From contig NW_005434671.1 of the NCBI RefSeq assembly GCF_000315625.1, positions 941,798-1,005,797 on the forward strand: a stretch of 64,000 bases of DNA, read 5' to 3'. This DNA is from Guillardia theta CCMP2712 (Eukaryota; Protista; Cryptophyta). Positions 15,806-29,689 of the stretch are shown here, in pieces. The notes under the pieces are model-generated. The model ran no database searches, was not told where the DNA came from, and saw only the letters and a program-made list of their open reading frames with translations. The position numbers and the translations under genes were made by a program. The first letter of the stretch is position 1; the number at the start of each line of letters is the position of its first letter.

Positions 15806-18800
15806 CTATAATGCGGCGTAAATCCAAGTTGTCTCAGCGTCGTCTGACGCCTCCCATACTGAGCCCGACCACAGCGTTTGAGCTTGTGGAGGGGGGAGGA
15901 GGGGCTCCAACTGAATCTTACTCTTGAGGACCTCCAGGCCCTCTAAGATCCAGACTCCCTCCCTAGCTTGGAGCTCCATCAGCGACCGAGCGAAGCCTGC
16001 CAGCTCCTGCTGGATCCTGAGCTGGTGGCCGTAGGCATCCTTCCAGCTGTTAAAGGAGTAAACCTGCAAGCCTATTGCCCTCTTTCTAGCCGCGTTGAAG
16101 AAGCTGATAGTCTGCCTCCTTGCCTGAATGACCCAGCCCTTCCATGAGCCCAGCGCCCGTTCTGGTCAGCAGTAAGAACAGGCAGCGAGAGCTCAAAGGG
16201 TTCACCTGATAGTCTGCGCTGCCTTGTCAGTAGTGTCCGCACGATTCTCTTGCTGTTCTGCATGCTCGCCTGAAGCTTCGTCAGGCAAGATCAGGGATGC
16301 AGATTCCATGGCTGATACCTGGATGTAAAATTTCCAGTATCGGATCATCCGCTTCAACTTCTGGATCCTCACGTACTCCTGGCAGGTAATCCGCAGCCTG
16401 TACTTCTTCTTGTGGTGAATCCACTGCAGAAACCAGTGATGAAGTTCTTTCGTCTTGTTGTTGCTCGTCAGTTTCAGAAGCCTTTGATGCAGCGACCGTT
16501 GGTACTGACAACATGAATACCAAGAGAGGAAATGGCTTGATATCCTTCTATCTTCCCAGTTCATCAACAATAAACTGAGTTTTCTCCTTTTCCAAGTCGA
16601 TCGCCTCCAGTATACGACGCAGAACACTTGTAGGTCAAAATGTCGTCTTCTTCGAAATGCCCCGATCTTCTTCCGATGACTTCTCCTGGTACGCATGTAA
16701 CCATGCAACATTTCCATATATTTTCTCGACAGGAGTTGATGAGATTTGATATTTTCCGTCCGCTTAATTTTCTTGGCTTGCTTTGACAACAACCAAAATC
16801 TCACCCAGTACAAAAATGTTCGACATAGATTGTATTGTATATGAAGTATCCAGCCGGACCTTCGCTTCCCTTGACTTCCGGGTCCCAGCCGTTCTGTGTT
16901 CTGTACAGAAGCTGCCTTTGCAGTTAAAATTGAGCCTTCAAGATTGCTCAGACTGCTCCAAACATTGAATGCATGTGCATTACCATCTCCGTCTGAAGTT
17001 TCGTGTCGCCAGAGTGTGAAGACTTTGAATACACAAAAATCGCTTTTCTTCTGCTGGAATCTGCTTACTATCCTCTTCTGCATTTGCCTCTCTTGAACAT
17101 AACGGCTCCATTCAATCATAACATTTCGCGTTGATTCACTTTTCGTATGTGATGCATGCATAATTTCTCGTCGCCAAATTGTCCAAATAGTCTGAAGCGA
17201 CTTACGTGAGAGCTGATTCTCGACACAATCTATGCAGCAGCAACTTCATTGACAAATCAGTCTATCACTGTCATCTCACCGTCAAGCTTGGATCTTTGCT
17301 GAAGTAAACGATGACAAATAAACCTCAGGCGACTTGATAAAGGGTCAATGACACAGAGAGAATGTCATGCAGACGTACCTATTGTCAAGAATTGTGTTGT
17401 TTAGCCGAGAGGAGGAGACCTCCGCATTCCATTCTCGAAACATTTTCAACAACAAGAAACGATTGTTCTTGTTGTCGATCACGCACTCCTTTTGGTGCAA
17501 CTTGGCAAGCAATGCATCCTTTACCCACACATGGAATGTACATGAAACAAGCCGACGATAATGCTTGCTGAGAGCTCGACTTGCTTTCCTTTTTCGAACA
17601 GCGACCGTGACCCAGTGGTCATACGTGCATAGCATTGAACGACGGTTTTTGGAACTTGATGTCAAATCAGCTAATCTGTATCTTCGAGCAAGAATCTAAC
17701 AAGTTATGTCATTGAAATGGACAGTTCCAATATCTTGAAATCACCTTCAAGGAATCGAAGCAGGTTCTTTGTATTGAAAAGGCTCGTTTCCTCGTCAGGC
17801 TCTGTAGAACTCTCGTCCGAAACTTTTTTTGGTGCCTGATGAAAACATAAATCTATGACCCATGCATATTATTTGGTAACCAGCTGAAACTTTTTACTAT
17901 ATTCTCAAGATCTGTTATTCGTTGTGTGTCCTCTTCAATCCGATTTTGCATTTTTTTGATCTGCAGTTTGTCAGCTCATGAAATCCTTGACGAAGAATTG
18001 TTGCTAACACCTCTTTTTCTGCAGTCTCTGCTCTTGCCTTCACCTCTAAGGTCATAGCTTTTTGCACAGCATGTGTCTTGAATGTGTGCGTCAGATCGAT
18101 ATCAAGCCTGGGTATCTATGAATTACCCTCTCAATTTGCAATTTGGCCTCCTCCAATTGTCTCTCAGATTCCAAGTATTCCTGGTTCATGTTCAGTTTCA
18201 GATGAAGCCAAACAATCTTACCATTTGAGCAATCTCTCTCTGCCTTTGAGAATGCAGCAACATGTACGCCGTCTTTTGGACTGGTGAACTGAAGCAGAAA
18301 GGAATCAAAGAATATATAACATCTGGTCTCCGTACTTGAGAGGTTTTGCTTGGGGATGGCTGATGCTATCCCTGCTCATTTCTAGTCCATGATGAATTGG
18401 AAATCTTAAGAACCCGAAGCTAAAATCAATGGATCGTTAGTTCTAAAGCCTTGTACTGCTGTGATGAGAAACCTATATACAAGATGAGTCCGACAGTATA
18501 CAGCACACAACTCCAAGGATGATATGATGATGGCCTTGAAAAAGGAGCTGATGTGGTTTTCCATATCTCCATTTCTGCGATGACTTCTCAGCTCTGCAAA
18601 TGTCTTTTGGCAGAATTCACCTTTTCAGAACATCAAGGTTCGCGATCAACTCTGTGTCTGATACACATCTGTCGAGAAATCACCGTCAGATTTAAGTACT
18701 AGAACAGGTGCTAGGATACGTGGCATCTTGAAAAGTGATGTTGTTCGAGAGTCCTTGCGAAGGATTCTCGTTCTCAGACCAAGAAGCAACCAGCTTCATA

Positions 18801-19100
18801 TACGATGATGAGACAAGTTTGAAAGATGAAAGATGGCATGCATCCGCTTTCGCAACATGCCTTCGTATCTGTAAAAGATTGAGGTAAGCCAAAGTTACTA
18901 TTTCAAATTCCTAGAAAACAAACGACCTCAGACATGTATTCCAGTTTCGATTTTGACGTTCCAACTTCACAATCCACATTGTAAACTGTCTGGACCACAT
19001 GCTTTGCAAAGTCTTCTTCCTCCTTTCCAGCATCAAGGTACCTATCAAAGGATTCAGAAACATCTTCTCTTCTAGCCGCCATCTTTGCCTATTCTTCAAT
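15806..19100 (-). CDS. Sfi1-like Trp-periodic, basic helical repeat region (centrin-binding-like)
   Basis: Repeated units such as KVFTLWR, RTFLYWVRFW, SHFLSWY, HWFLQWIH, RMIRYWK, CTFHVWVK, KMFREWN, KSMWSR, QFTMWIV. Confidence 0.6.
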
Positions 19101-19599
19101 AGTAAGAGATCAAGTGATAATCTTAGAAAGTTGAAGATATTTTCGTTTTCTGAAAATTCATTTACATTCGGGTGAACATAAACAAACAGACCGCACCTGT
19201 TTTAATTTCCAGAGTCCCCGACGAAGATTCTGACTCAGCAAGATATTCTATTCTAAAGGACTGTCTTTGATGATGCTCGAATTTAGTAACTTTGAGGTAA
19301 CTGAAATTCAGATTGCCCTCCATGTTGGACCCTAGCACAAAGGGAATTAGCCATTACGAAGTAATATTTGAAATGGCAGACGTTTGGATGGTGCAGTCAT
19401 AAAAATTGTCCTCATATTCGAATTAAGAAGGAAAGTGACGTTGGAATGGAAAAACTCTCCATTTGCATACCTCACTTCCAGATTTATCTGTGCCAACAGC
19501 GTCACTTGTTAAATTCTTTGACCCTTGTTTTACCGTAAATGAATTTTCTGAAGCGGGATTATAGCGCAAAAAAAGATTTCCCTTGACCCACAGCTGCAG

Positions 19600-20630
19600 A
19601 GTAACACTTTTGGAGTTCACCATCTCAATGCCAAATCCTGCAAAGCAATGCTTGAGTTCTACATTGGTACGTGTTTGAATTCGGCAAACCATGTTTTCTA
19701 TCGTTCTCGAACTTTCCCTCAAATATATCTCCATTCCTCATGACCATGGATCCATATCCGTGACGAAACCCTTTCTCAAACTGTCCTGCATACAGCCATC
19801 CAAGAGCTGCTGACTTCCACCTCTGCATTTCATCATTGAGCATCAACTGTCACAATCAGCCAAAGATCGTTGTCACCGGGGAGTATGGAGCACAATTCAG
19901 CCATGGTTGGTCATTGAAGTATGGACTGTCTTGGTCCACCCTTCTTCACAGTGAGCCGCTAAATTAGATTTATGGCACAAATGCAAACAAACCTAAAATT
20001 CTTTTCGTAGCCGAGAGAAGAACGGTGAAGATAAATACCGTACCCATGCCGAAATCCATCCTTGAATTGTCCACAATATGACGCTCCATCAAACCAGGCT
20101 TCGCGTCCCAAGCCGTCCTCCACTGCGCCTTTCCACATTCCATCATATCTCCTAACGTTACTCCAGTCCGCCAATCCAAAAAAGTCTTGCATCAATACTT
20201 TCCCACTGATTGTCATGTTTTTGTATTTTATCCTGTCGTATGATGATCGATGCACGCAGGCAACAAGGGAGATCTCACCCTTTATGTGAGTTGTAGATAC
20301 TCTGGTTGGGATCATCATCCAATTGTTCAGAATAAAATCCCACAAGTTCGTCGGGATTCATCTCAGCTGCGGATTGAGAATCTACTGTCAAGCGACCAAA
20401 TATTGACTTCTCTCTACCTTTGAATCCATTCATCTTGGCATTGTCTTCTTCCATCGACTCCATTATTTGTCCTGACAAGTTGAATTGGTATTCGACTAGA
20501 AAGATCAGTCTAGCATTGACTCGGAAGAGTCGCTAATCATGAGTCAGCTTTTACTGGTTCCATGGCTCCCAGTCTCACCTGCTTTCTTCAGTCTTGTTCA
20601 AGATCATTTCTTCTGCTTCTCATCTGTTAG
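19600..20630 (-). CDS. MORN-repeat region (possibly the N-terminal part of the Sfi1-like gene)
   Basis: YDGMWKGAVEDGLG, YCGQFKDGFRHGYG, YAGQFEKGFRHGYG and FEGKFENDRKHG fit the MORN consensus YxGxWxxGxxHGxG. Confidence 0.85.
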
Positions 20631-21032
20631 CGTCATGTTCTGTCCTACTCCCTTCTCTCGTTGACCATCTTGCGCCATCAAGCGCCTTGGCGGGATGGAA
20701 AGCTTTGTCAGGAGGCCCCGGGCTCTGAAAATTTGGTCCCACAGGGCCCAGGGGGTGGCTCTCATCGGACCCCGGCCGGTGAGGCTGGAATCGTCCACCG
20801 GGAGAGGGTGGGGGTCCTAGTACTCACAGTACCCCACCCCAGGTCATGATGTGACGGTGGGTGGGGGTTGACGAGGGACCCTAATAAAAAAGCAACTTGC
20901 TCGACTTGCCCGGCCCGGTCCTCACTTCCGACTCATCGGACTCAGTTGTAACGGTCATATTGAAACCGTTACAAGAATGTCACGTCTTTTTTCTTTTTCT
21001 TTTTTTTCTTTACAGTATTCTCGATGCGGCCG

Positions 21033-24000
21033 ATGGCTGAGGAATCGCACGATGGTCGGGGGGTGGACGCAAAGAGGGAGAGATGTAGAGACAGGACCTT
21101 ATGGATTCAGAAAACCTGAGCAAATTCATACTCCCTGACGATCAGGCGCGTCTCATCACCACGAACTGCACTCAAAACATGGAAGCAAGCGATGAAAGTG
21201 TGGATTTCTGCAAGAGAGCAAAAGGAGGGATTGGAATGTGGAACGAGGATGAAGAGGAAGAGTGGCGATCAGAGGTGACTGTTATTGAACAAGAAATGTT
21301 TTATGAAAGGTTCGTGCAGGTGGGAGAGTCATACTATCTTGATATGCTCCGTGACATATCAAGAAATCAAGCTTATCGGGATGGGTTAAGCAGAGGAATT
21401 CTTCTTAAAAAACAGCAGAAGGGAAGTTCGGTCGCAGTCTTAGATATCGGAACAGGCTCAGGATTACTTGCTATGATGGCAAAACAGGAAGGTGCAACAG
21501 CTGTGACTGCATGCGAATGCTTTGAGCCCGTCGCAAGGTTTTGAATGACGGCCATGAATTTTGTAACTTGGAATACAGATCAGCCAGAAAGTGTCTTGCT
21601 GCAAACAGCCTAGATAGCGAAATCACTTTGATAACTGAAGCGTCAACGAAACTTACAGCTGAATGGATGAGGGATGGGCAAAAAGTGGACATAATCGTCA
21701 ACGAATTATATGTAGATCAGCAAAAATCTCTGAGTGCGGATCTTCTAACATGTGCATACAGGACACTGAGCTTCTCGGTGAAGGAGTGTTGCCTACCCTC
21801 CGACATGCCCTAGAAAAGTTGTCAGAACCTGACTGTATGGTCATTCCTAGCCAAGCAGATATCATCTGCTTTGCGATGGAAAGTGAGATCCTCTCGCGAG
21901 GTCACTGAACATGCTGTTGAACTCAGCTCATCTGTTCCTTCTCATGATTTCTTGAAAGGTTACTACCCAGATACCATTTATACAGCGGTTGGGAATCAAA
22001 TGTTTCCTTCAAAAGAAGCTCAGAATGTCACGAACTCAGTGATGTGTACGATGATCGCCGAATCCGTGTTCGTGGACAAACTGCTGTTGAAAGTAGATCA
22101 TTTTGCATGTTAATCACCCGATCTGAAACCATCATGTCATTGTTTAGGGAGGAGGAAAATGTCTGAGTGAGCCGAGTCTTTGTCTTTCCATCGATTTCGC
22201 GAAGGTTCATGAGCAGGGGGTCCACCACGGTACAAGATGATCTGTCCTCCTGTATCAGCCTGTAGTTTCTTACCTTGCATTGGTGAAGGTGAATGGATAG
22301 ATGTCAGTATCCAAGAAACGGGAACACTTCACGCTATCACATACTGGTGGGACCTTCGAATGTGTTCCGGTGACGAAAACCCTGAGGCTACAAGCCGCCT
22401 GTCCGAAAGAGTACTTACTTGAATGCTGTTTGCCCCAAGTCATTGATTGGTCATAAGGTAAATGACCGACCGTCTCAAGGAGTGCTTAGCATGGCGCCTG
22501 GAGCTGGTTGGAGAGATCACTGGCGACAAAACGTCTGCATGCTGGAGAGGCCACTCATCGTGGCAAAGGGTGACACGGTTGTCGTACGGGCTGTTCATGA
22601 TGACTGGAGGTCAATCTTTCCATTTGTCTTCTGTTTTTCACAGATTTTCAGGATCTGGTTTGAGGCTTATGCCAAATCATCCTCAATTTCACTCGATGCT
22701 GTGCAGAGATTCAGGTCTGATCAGCCAGCTACGAAGGCAGACAGCCCGAGAGTGAGTTTCGGTGGACACAAGCTTCGAATGTTGGCAGACAGGGATGTAG
22801 AAATGCTGTACAGAGAAGCGCTGATGCAGCACGTGAAAAAAGACACTGTTGTTCTTTGTATAGGAGATGGCCATGCGCTCGGCTTGATCGCAAGCGAGCT
22901 GGGCTGCAGACATGTAATTGACGTGGAGGTGATTCAAGATTAGTGTGAGCTGCCATAACATTTGATTCAGGTGTCAGAAAACTCGTTGCTCATGGCCACC
23001 TCATGTTTTCAGGCTGCTGGATGCCACGAGAAAGCCAACGCTCTTCTTATACCGCAGTATTTCGAGAGCGCGGACGATGCTTGCGAAGTCCTCGAAGCAG
23101 AGCTGTCCCAACGGCATCTCACCGTCGACTTTGTCTGTGCAGATCCTTTCTTCTTTGAGTCCGGTGTTGGGGCGTTTGCTGGAGGAGGAGGGACACAGGT
23201 ACTCACATGCAGAGAAATCTTCAAGGAGAGAGGAATGAGAGTACTTGCAGTTCAACAACCTGTCTTATTGGAAGGCTGTGGAAGCAATCAGGAAGAAAGT
23301 CTTAAAGCAGGACGTTGCCATCCTTCCTTGTGCTGCATCGTAACGCTTTCTTCTGCTCGGACAACTCATGACACGATTTCATCTCTTGCAGCATCAGGGG
23401 TGTTGCTGTGGAGTTTTCTCAGCTCAGGAATAGTCAGTGAGTCATCTAGCCCTCCCCCCTCCCCTTTCCGGTGTTGAACGATCCTTGTAGACAGCGAGTG
23501 AGGATGGTAGAGAACCTGAACCTGGAAAGCTTCTGCGACATCCAGCCTCTAGGTACATCGCAAGTCCCTGAGAGCTGCAAGTCTTAGTCAGAGGTCATAG
23601 GACTTGAGCCGCCTCCAGGGGTGGCGTACGATCTTTGGATGTACGACTGGCGGCCGCTCACTCCTGAATTTGCTCTGCTGGTAAGTTGGGCTGCCGAACC
23701 TGGGAAAGCTCAGTTTCATACCAGACGATGGATTTTGGTAGCGAAGTCAAGGACAAGCATCATGTGGAGGGCTTCACCTTGGATTCAGTACTGCCGTGCA
23801 CTTCCGTGCCGAGTCTCAGCTTCTCATCCCCCGGCACCTGCCATGCTGTTGTCCTCTGGATCGACTGGAAGTTGACTGAGAACGTCTCTCTCTCCTGGGG
23901 TCCCAAGGAAGACTCGGTCGACCATTGCAAGCAGGTGAAACGATCCTAATCTTCCCTCTGTCCCTCCATTTCCACATTGCCGTTAGCTTGTGACTGACTG

Positions 24001-24145
24001 GCGGGCCTGTCTGCCTTCCCTGCAGATCGTTTATTTCTTCGACGAAGGAATCGCCGTCGACTCGAGCTCCAAGCTTCAGGTTGACGTCGGCTACTTCGAC
24101 AGCTCCAGTTGTGAGTTCCTCGGCTCTTTCAGAGTGTCATCGTAA
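21033..24145 (+). CDS. PRMT7: Protein arginine N-methyltransferase 7-like (two tandem PRMT modules)
   Basis: YYLDMLRDISRNQAY, motif I VLDIGTGSGLLAMMA, VTACE, double-E loop EL-DTELLGEG, WRDHWRQ; a second degenerate module follows (VLCIGDG…; GTCHAVVLWIDW). Confidence 0.9.
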
Positions 24146-24296
24146 CGTAGCCGCCGCAATGTTCTGCGCGGCGCCGCGTTCACAAGTTCGGACTTTTCCA
24201 CTGGATCATATACCTTACATGAATCACTTCCTTATCATACGATCTGAACTTCCTTGTCAAGTTGTGGCATGATTTCACGTTAGTAAGTTGACAGTG

Positions 24297-24585
24297 CTAC
24301 GGCCGCCCGGCCGCAGTGACGGACGGTGCCACGGTGAACGTGCGGCTCCGGCGGCCTGCTTTTGACTCAGTCCGGCCCGGGCCGCGCGGCCCGGTGCCGC
24401 TGTGCTCGCCGGGCCCCCGGGTCCGTCACCGTGATGCGGCCGGGGGGCTGCCGCAGTGCCCGGTGGCACCCACTGACGCGGCAGTCGGCATGCCATCCCG
24501 GAGTCCGAGCGTACTGAGGCTGAACCGCTCAGGCCGGCCGGGCTCCGACCGGAGGCCCGGACCGGGCCCGGCGGGCCCGGCTGTT
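24297..24585. promoter_or_regulatory. CCGG-rich island upstream of the gene at 24706
   Basis: Dense CCGG/GGCC with TGACTCAGT and ACTGAG words. Confidence 0.5.
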
Positions 24586-24705
24586 CAACAGTTTACTACT
24601 CAGAATACTCAGGCTGAACCGCTTTTGACGCATAGGCTACAGGGGCCGACGAAGGGTCGTGTTTATTTCAGTCAACTGCTGGAGCGAAGAGACAGAGGAG
24701 GCGCC

Positions 24706-26042
24706 ATGCAGGAGGGTCGCGCCAGGACGATGCTCGTGCGCGCTGGAGGCGCCGCCATCCTGGCGGTTGCTGTCGTGACGCTTGTGATCAGCTTCAGTGG
24801 ATGGGAAGCCAAGGCAGAGGAGAAGTTGAGCCCTCTGCAGGTTGGCAGATATGCCGTTCGTGCTGAGCGACAGTCCCAGGACTACGACCAGAAGGCTGAG
24901 AGGCAGATTGCCTTCGCCAGTGACAACGATGATGCCGCTGCCGGCGAGAGAGATTTGGCTGCCAAGGAAGAGAAGCGTGCCAGACAATCCGCTTACCTTG
25001 CTGCTGATGTTAAGTCTCGCATCGACAAGATCTTGGAGGAAGGCAGAGATCAGGTTGGTTTTTAATTTTCAGGAGAGATGTGTGAATGATCCACAATGCA
25101 TGTTCTATTGCATTTGTATTTTTTTTTTGCGCACTTGAGAAGCATGTTTTTGGTCTTCGCACTGGAGAAGCATTCGACAGACCGTGCTGACTTATTTCGG
25201 TTCATAGGTTAACCAGGCAACCAAGCTCAAGGCCAAGGCTGGCAGACTTCAGGAGATGGCCGCCGAACTTCTTGGCCAGGCTAAGACCGAGAAGGAGAGC
25301 GCAGCTGCTTTGAAGGCAAAGTACTATAAGACTATGGACGAGTACAGCGACGCTGTCAAGAAGATTGACACTGCCACGATGAATGCTCAAGAAATCCTTG
25401 ATCAGATGAACGCTCAGTCTTTGACGCTGGCTGAGGTTGCCACTGAATATGGCACAGCCAGTGGACATGGAGAGAACCCAGGAGCAGCAGCAGCTGTTGA
25501 ATTGAAGGGTGAGCTTCGCAAGGCTCAGCAGGATCTCGCCGCTATCACAGCGAAGAAAGCCAAGGCTGATGAGGAGACCGCCGATGCTCGCAAGCTTGCT
25601 GATCAGTACCAGCCCCTCATTATCGATGCGGAGAAGGACAAGCGTAGCTCTGATTTCCACTTCCAAGAGTTTGCGCAGCTCACCGATCAGGCGGATCAGC
25701 TCCAGTCTCGCGCAGATGCGCTCCTCGCCAGGGCGGACACCATCGACGGATTGATCCAATCCACCCAGTCTGAGCTTGGTGAAAAGAGGAAGCAATTTGA
25801 GCACTACAAGAACCGTGCTCAGACCGAAATGGCCATTTCTCTTCAGGTAAACTCATTGAAATGTGACGTAGCATCTCTTTTAACTCCGTTATCAGGCTGA
25901 GGACAAGGAGGCTCTTCTTAGAAAGCAGGCCAGAGAGGCTCGCTACAAGGCTGCAGAGCTTTCGGACAAGGCTCGTAGGTTGCGGGCTCTTGCACAGAGG
26001 GGGGTGAACAATGTGATGGAGGCAACTCAAGATGGCAGTTAA
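24706..26042 (+). CDS. N-terminally anchored or secreted Ala/Glu/Lys-rich coiled-coil protein (3 exons)
   Basis: Hydrophobic GAAILAVAVVTLVISF; exons 24706-25053, ~25208-25846 and ~25896-26042 splice in frame; heptad-rich. Confidence 0.75.
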
Positions 26043-26381
26043 ACTTGATGCTTTTTTTGTGTTGAACGGTTAAAGGGTTGCGTTTCAAGAAGTTGTTTAG
26101 ATTGTGTCCGTGGATAGTCATGATATAGCACGATATTGCACGTTGTTCATTTTGCATTGAAAATTGTCTCAGAGACCATTGAAAGCTTCCTGTTCTGCTG
26201 ATCCCACTTTCAACACCCACTTCATAGCCCACAGTTGAATCTGAGTAGACCATATTCCCTTCACGTCAGTTATCTATTCAACAGACAAACACACACACAC
26301 TGAGAAGACTTCTACAATTCGAAAAATTTGCGTTTATTATTGTATCATGACGGCATCATGCTGATGACCTGCCTTCCTGCT

Positions 26382-26923
26382 TTATTTCCCCATTCGCCTG
26401 TTCCATCTCTCTGCCAGGGCAGATCCAGAATTCGCATTAAGTTGAAACATCTTTCGCTCAGCTGCGCTCAAATTTAGAATACGAAGAAATCGAATTCGGC
26501 TACGAAGAATCGGACTGAACGAGCGAACATGTAGATGCGAAGACAGCATAATCTCACCTGCAACTTTCTGCAGATGCTTGAATGCCGCCTTCACGTGGCC
26601 AGGAGAATCAGGAGTCTGGCCTTCAACACAGACAGGAGGAAGTCCATACTGAGATGATTCAATCAGTTTCAATTCCCTAACACACAGGATATTCATGAGG
26701 TTATATCAAGAGCATCGACCACAGCAGACATACACATTTTTCTCTCTCCCTTCCTCTCTCCGTCCCCCCTTCTCCCACTTCCTCTTCAAAGATCGAATAA
26801 CACAAAGACAACACAGAAGACTTCATAGACGGAGAGGAGTACCTTCACAGGAAACGCCATGACGTAGCATTTTCCAGCCGGCGGTGGGGGCGGCATATCG
26901 CCAGCCTTCAGAAGCTCGAACAT
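26382..26923 (-). CDS. Small hypothetical protein
   Basis: MFELLKAGDMPPPPPAGKCYVMAFPVK|…YGLPPVCVEGQTPDSPGHVKAAFKHLQKVA|…AERKMFQLNANSGSALAERWNRRMGK* with GT-AG junctions. Confidence 0.5.
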
Positions 26924-27153
26924 GGCGCAGAAATAGAAGGTACACCCCCACCCTCAATATGACAGTCTAGGAGGTGGGTATTTCAAATACGGGCACTTCT
27001 CCTGTGCGCAGAGGAGGTAGGGGTATTTTGTCAGGGAAGGAACCAACCCAGCGTGTTCGTGAAATGTGTAGAGGAACACTAACGCAATGATGAAGGGAGA
27101 GTAGCGACGATGGTGAGATGAGCGCTAAATCAAGCTTGTGAGAAGCAGAGATT

Positions 27154-29548
27154 ATGACATGGATGATGCTCTCGGCTACACGTGCTCTGTTCTTCTCCGT
27201 CATCTTACTGTTTGCCACTTGTGCTGCTCTGCAAATCGAGATAGTTGAGCCCGCGCAGGATCATGTATTGCAGGATACCTTGGATGTGAAGTTTTTTACT
27301 TCATTGGACCCAGATGGTGGAGATGAGTTGCATGGACTGGTGTTTCAAGCTATGATGGATGGAACAGCTGCACCGTTTCCCTTGACGAAACCCCTTGACT
27401 GCCAAGATGGGTGCAAGGTTCAGCTTTCCACAGAGGGCCTGAGTGACGGACAACACACGTTTACCCTCCTGATAGGAAGGCAGAATGAATATGATTTCGA
27501 TTTGTTTGCAGAGACATCGCTGGGCTTTGAAAAGATAGCAAAGACGAGCGAAGCAGAAGATCTCGGCGCCCGGGATCCGCCGACGCCACCGAAGCGGATC
27601 AAGCTGATTTCCCCAAAGAAGAACATGAGCTCTTTCATGGACCCCAACGACGTGAACATCCACTTTGTGGTGAATGACGACAGGCTAGGACAGAGTCATC
27701 ATCTGTTAGTGGAGCTTGCGGGCACCATCTTGGCCGACAACCACCGAGCCCCTGAGTTCAGGGTTGCGATACCCCGGGTCTCCCCGAGAGATTATCTTCT
27801 TTCTGTCCATCTCATCCAGGATCCACAGAGCAACGCTCCCGGGAGCAGGACTGAGTGGACGTCCAACGTAGTCTTCTATGTTTGGCCTGATCACTCGTGG
27901 GCTCGAAACCACGTGGCGAGGGGTGAGGGCCTTACTATTGCCAACGCTGGCGAGTTTGCTACATTCACCATAGAGGCTCGAGATGGGCACGGAAACTTGG
28001 AGGAAAGGGGAGGAGCGTCTTATTATGTGAGATTGCGAGGCCCTTCCCTCGTGATGGGACAAGTTCTGGATCATCAGAATGGAAGTTACTCGGGAAAGTA
28101 CTTCGTGGCTGAACCCGGGGAGTATTCGCTGGAGATCGTCCTGCACTACATTCACGGGAGTGGATTTCAAGATTTTGGGGAGGAGGAAAGCCAGGATGTT
28201 ATAGGATGGAATATTGCTGGGAGCCCCTTCACTGTCAACGTGATTCCGAGCAAGAAGCAGATGCTGTATCATGTAAACCCCTACATGCACACCCCACTGT
28301 GTTCCTGCAAACATTGTGGCTTGAGCGGCTTTGACGAGTTTGCCGGTGGAAGGTTTTCGGGCCGGTGGATTAGGAAAGAGGTTTGCGAAAGCATATCGAC
28401 CGGCTGCAAACTTGACGGGCAGCCTGATGACGAGTATGTCTGGGTGCCGTGGCACTGCAAACTGATGCGGTACGACCGAGAATCGGTGGGCGCATGTTCG
28501 AACCTCAACCAGTCGAGAGTCTTCATGGTTGGGAGCTCTCAGATGAGAACTTTGTTCTTCGATGTCGGCAAGGTAGACATATACGGGATGATGAGCTTTG
28601 ATGACTTACCTCCCTGTAGCTCCTTGGAACCACTCAAGTCCAGCCAAGGAAGTACTGGACTGACTTGGCTGCCACAGACATCAGTCCTCAGCTGTATTTC
28701 CATTGGATGGTGCCGGAATACAACTTCGAGGTGGTGTTGACTTTGATAGAAGTGAACTTGCGAAGTGACCGGGTTGGGTAGGGGAATTTGGACTATGAGC
28801 TCTTAGTGGAGAAGCTCTCAAGCTGGCTGGAGAAGTTCAGCTATGGTCCTCAAGACAAGGTGATCGTCCAGGTGAGGAGAGCAATCTCAAAGCCCGCACA
28901 CTCACACGCAGGTAGGCGAGTGTTCATGACATTCATCTGGGGTCATTGGCCGAGTACGAGGCAAACGTCAAGCAGCTCGCTAGATTTCTCAAGGGCCTCA
29001 AGGTGAGCTGAGTTGGTCAGTGAAGATGATTGACCCTCTCCTCCATCAGGGGACGGTCTTCTTTCGGACGGGCGATGCTCTTCATATCCCGTGAGCTCAA
29101 CTCTCAGTTTTCCTGTGTTCGCTGAACACTCTGGGAGCAGCCCGGGGGGAAGGTCGATCATCGAGCGAGGGCTGAGGGATCCGAGGGTCCAGGTTCGCAC
29201 ATGCTGCGTGACGATTGAAGCATGATGGCATCATGAGCAGCACGTGAACGCGATCGCACGCGAAGTGATGCGAGCGCACGACATCGCTTTCATCGACACC
29301 CACGTGTCGTCCCATGGCCGACCCGAGAAGTGCATCGATGGTAGCGAGCGCACGAGCCTGCTGATTGCACTGAAGCTTTTTCAGGATATCACTACTTTGA
29401 CAGAGAGACAGAGGAGCTGTCTGCGGCAGGTATGCACCCTCGGCAGAAGGAAAGGCCGTCACGAGTTGCTGCAGGGCGGGAGATCTGCATCGGAAACTCC
29501 GTCGCACGGGTTCAGGCTCAAGTCGTCATGTCTGTTGCATGCGCTTGA
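27154..29548 (+). CDS. Secreted protein: Ig-like/filamin repeats plus SGNH PC-esterase/NXPE-like domain
   Basis: Signal peptide; filamin-like motif (GEGLTIANAGEFATFTIEARD…NGSYSGKY…PGEYSLEI…IAGSPFTVNV); WVPWHC…RVFMVGSSQMR; C-terminal NAIAREVM…FID…CIDGYHY (DxxH). Confidence 0.8.
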
Positions 29549-29689
29549 CAGGTCCATCACCGTCGTTTGGATTTTCCTACGCTCCCTCCTTTCCTCCGAT
29601 TCCTTCCCGCCAGCGATCTTATCTTGTGTATATACCTGTATAAAGACCATCAGCTCGTGGAAGCCTGTCGGCGTGTTGAGCTCACTTGT

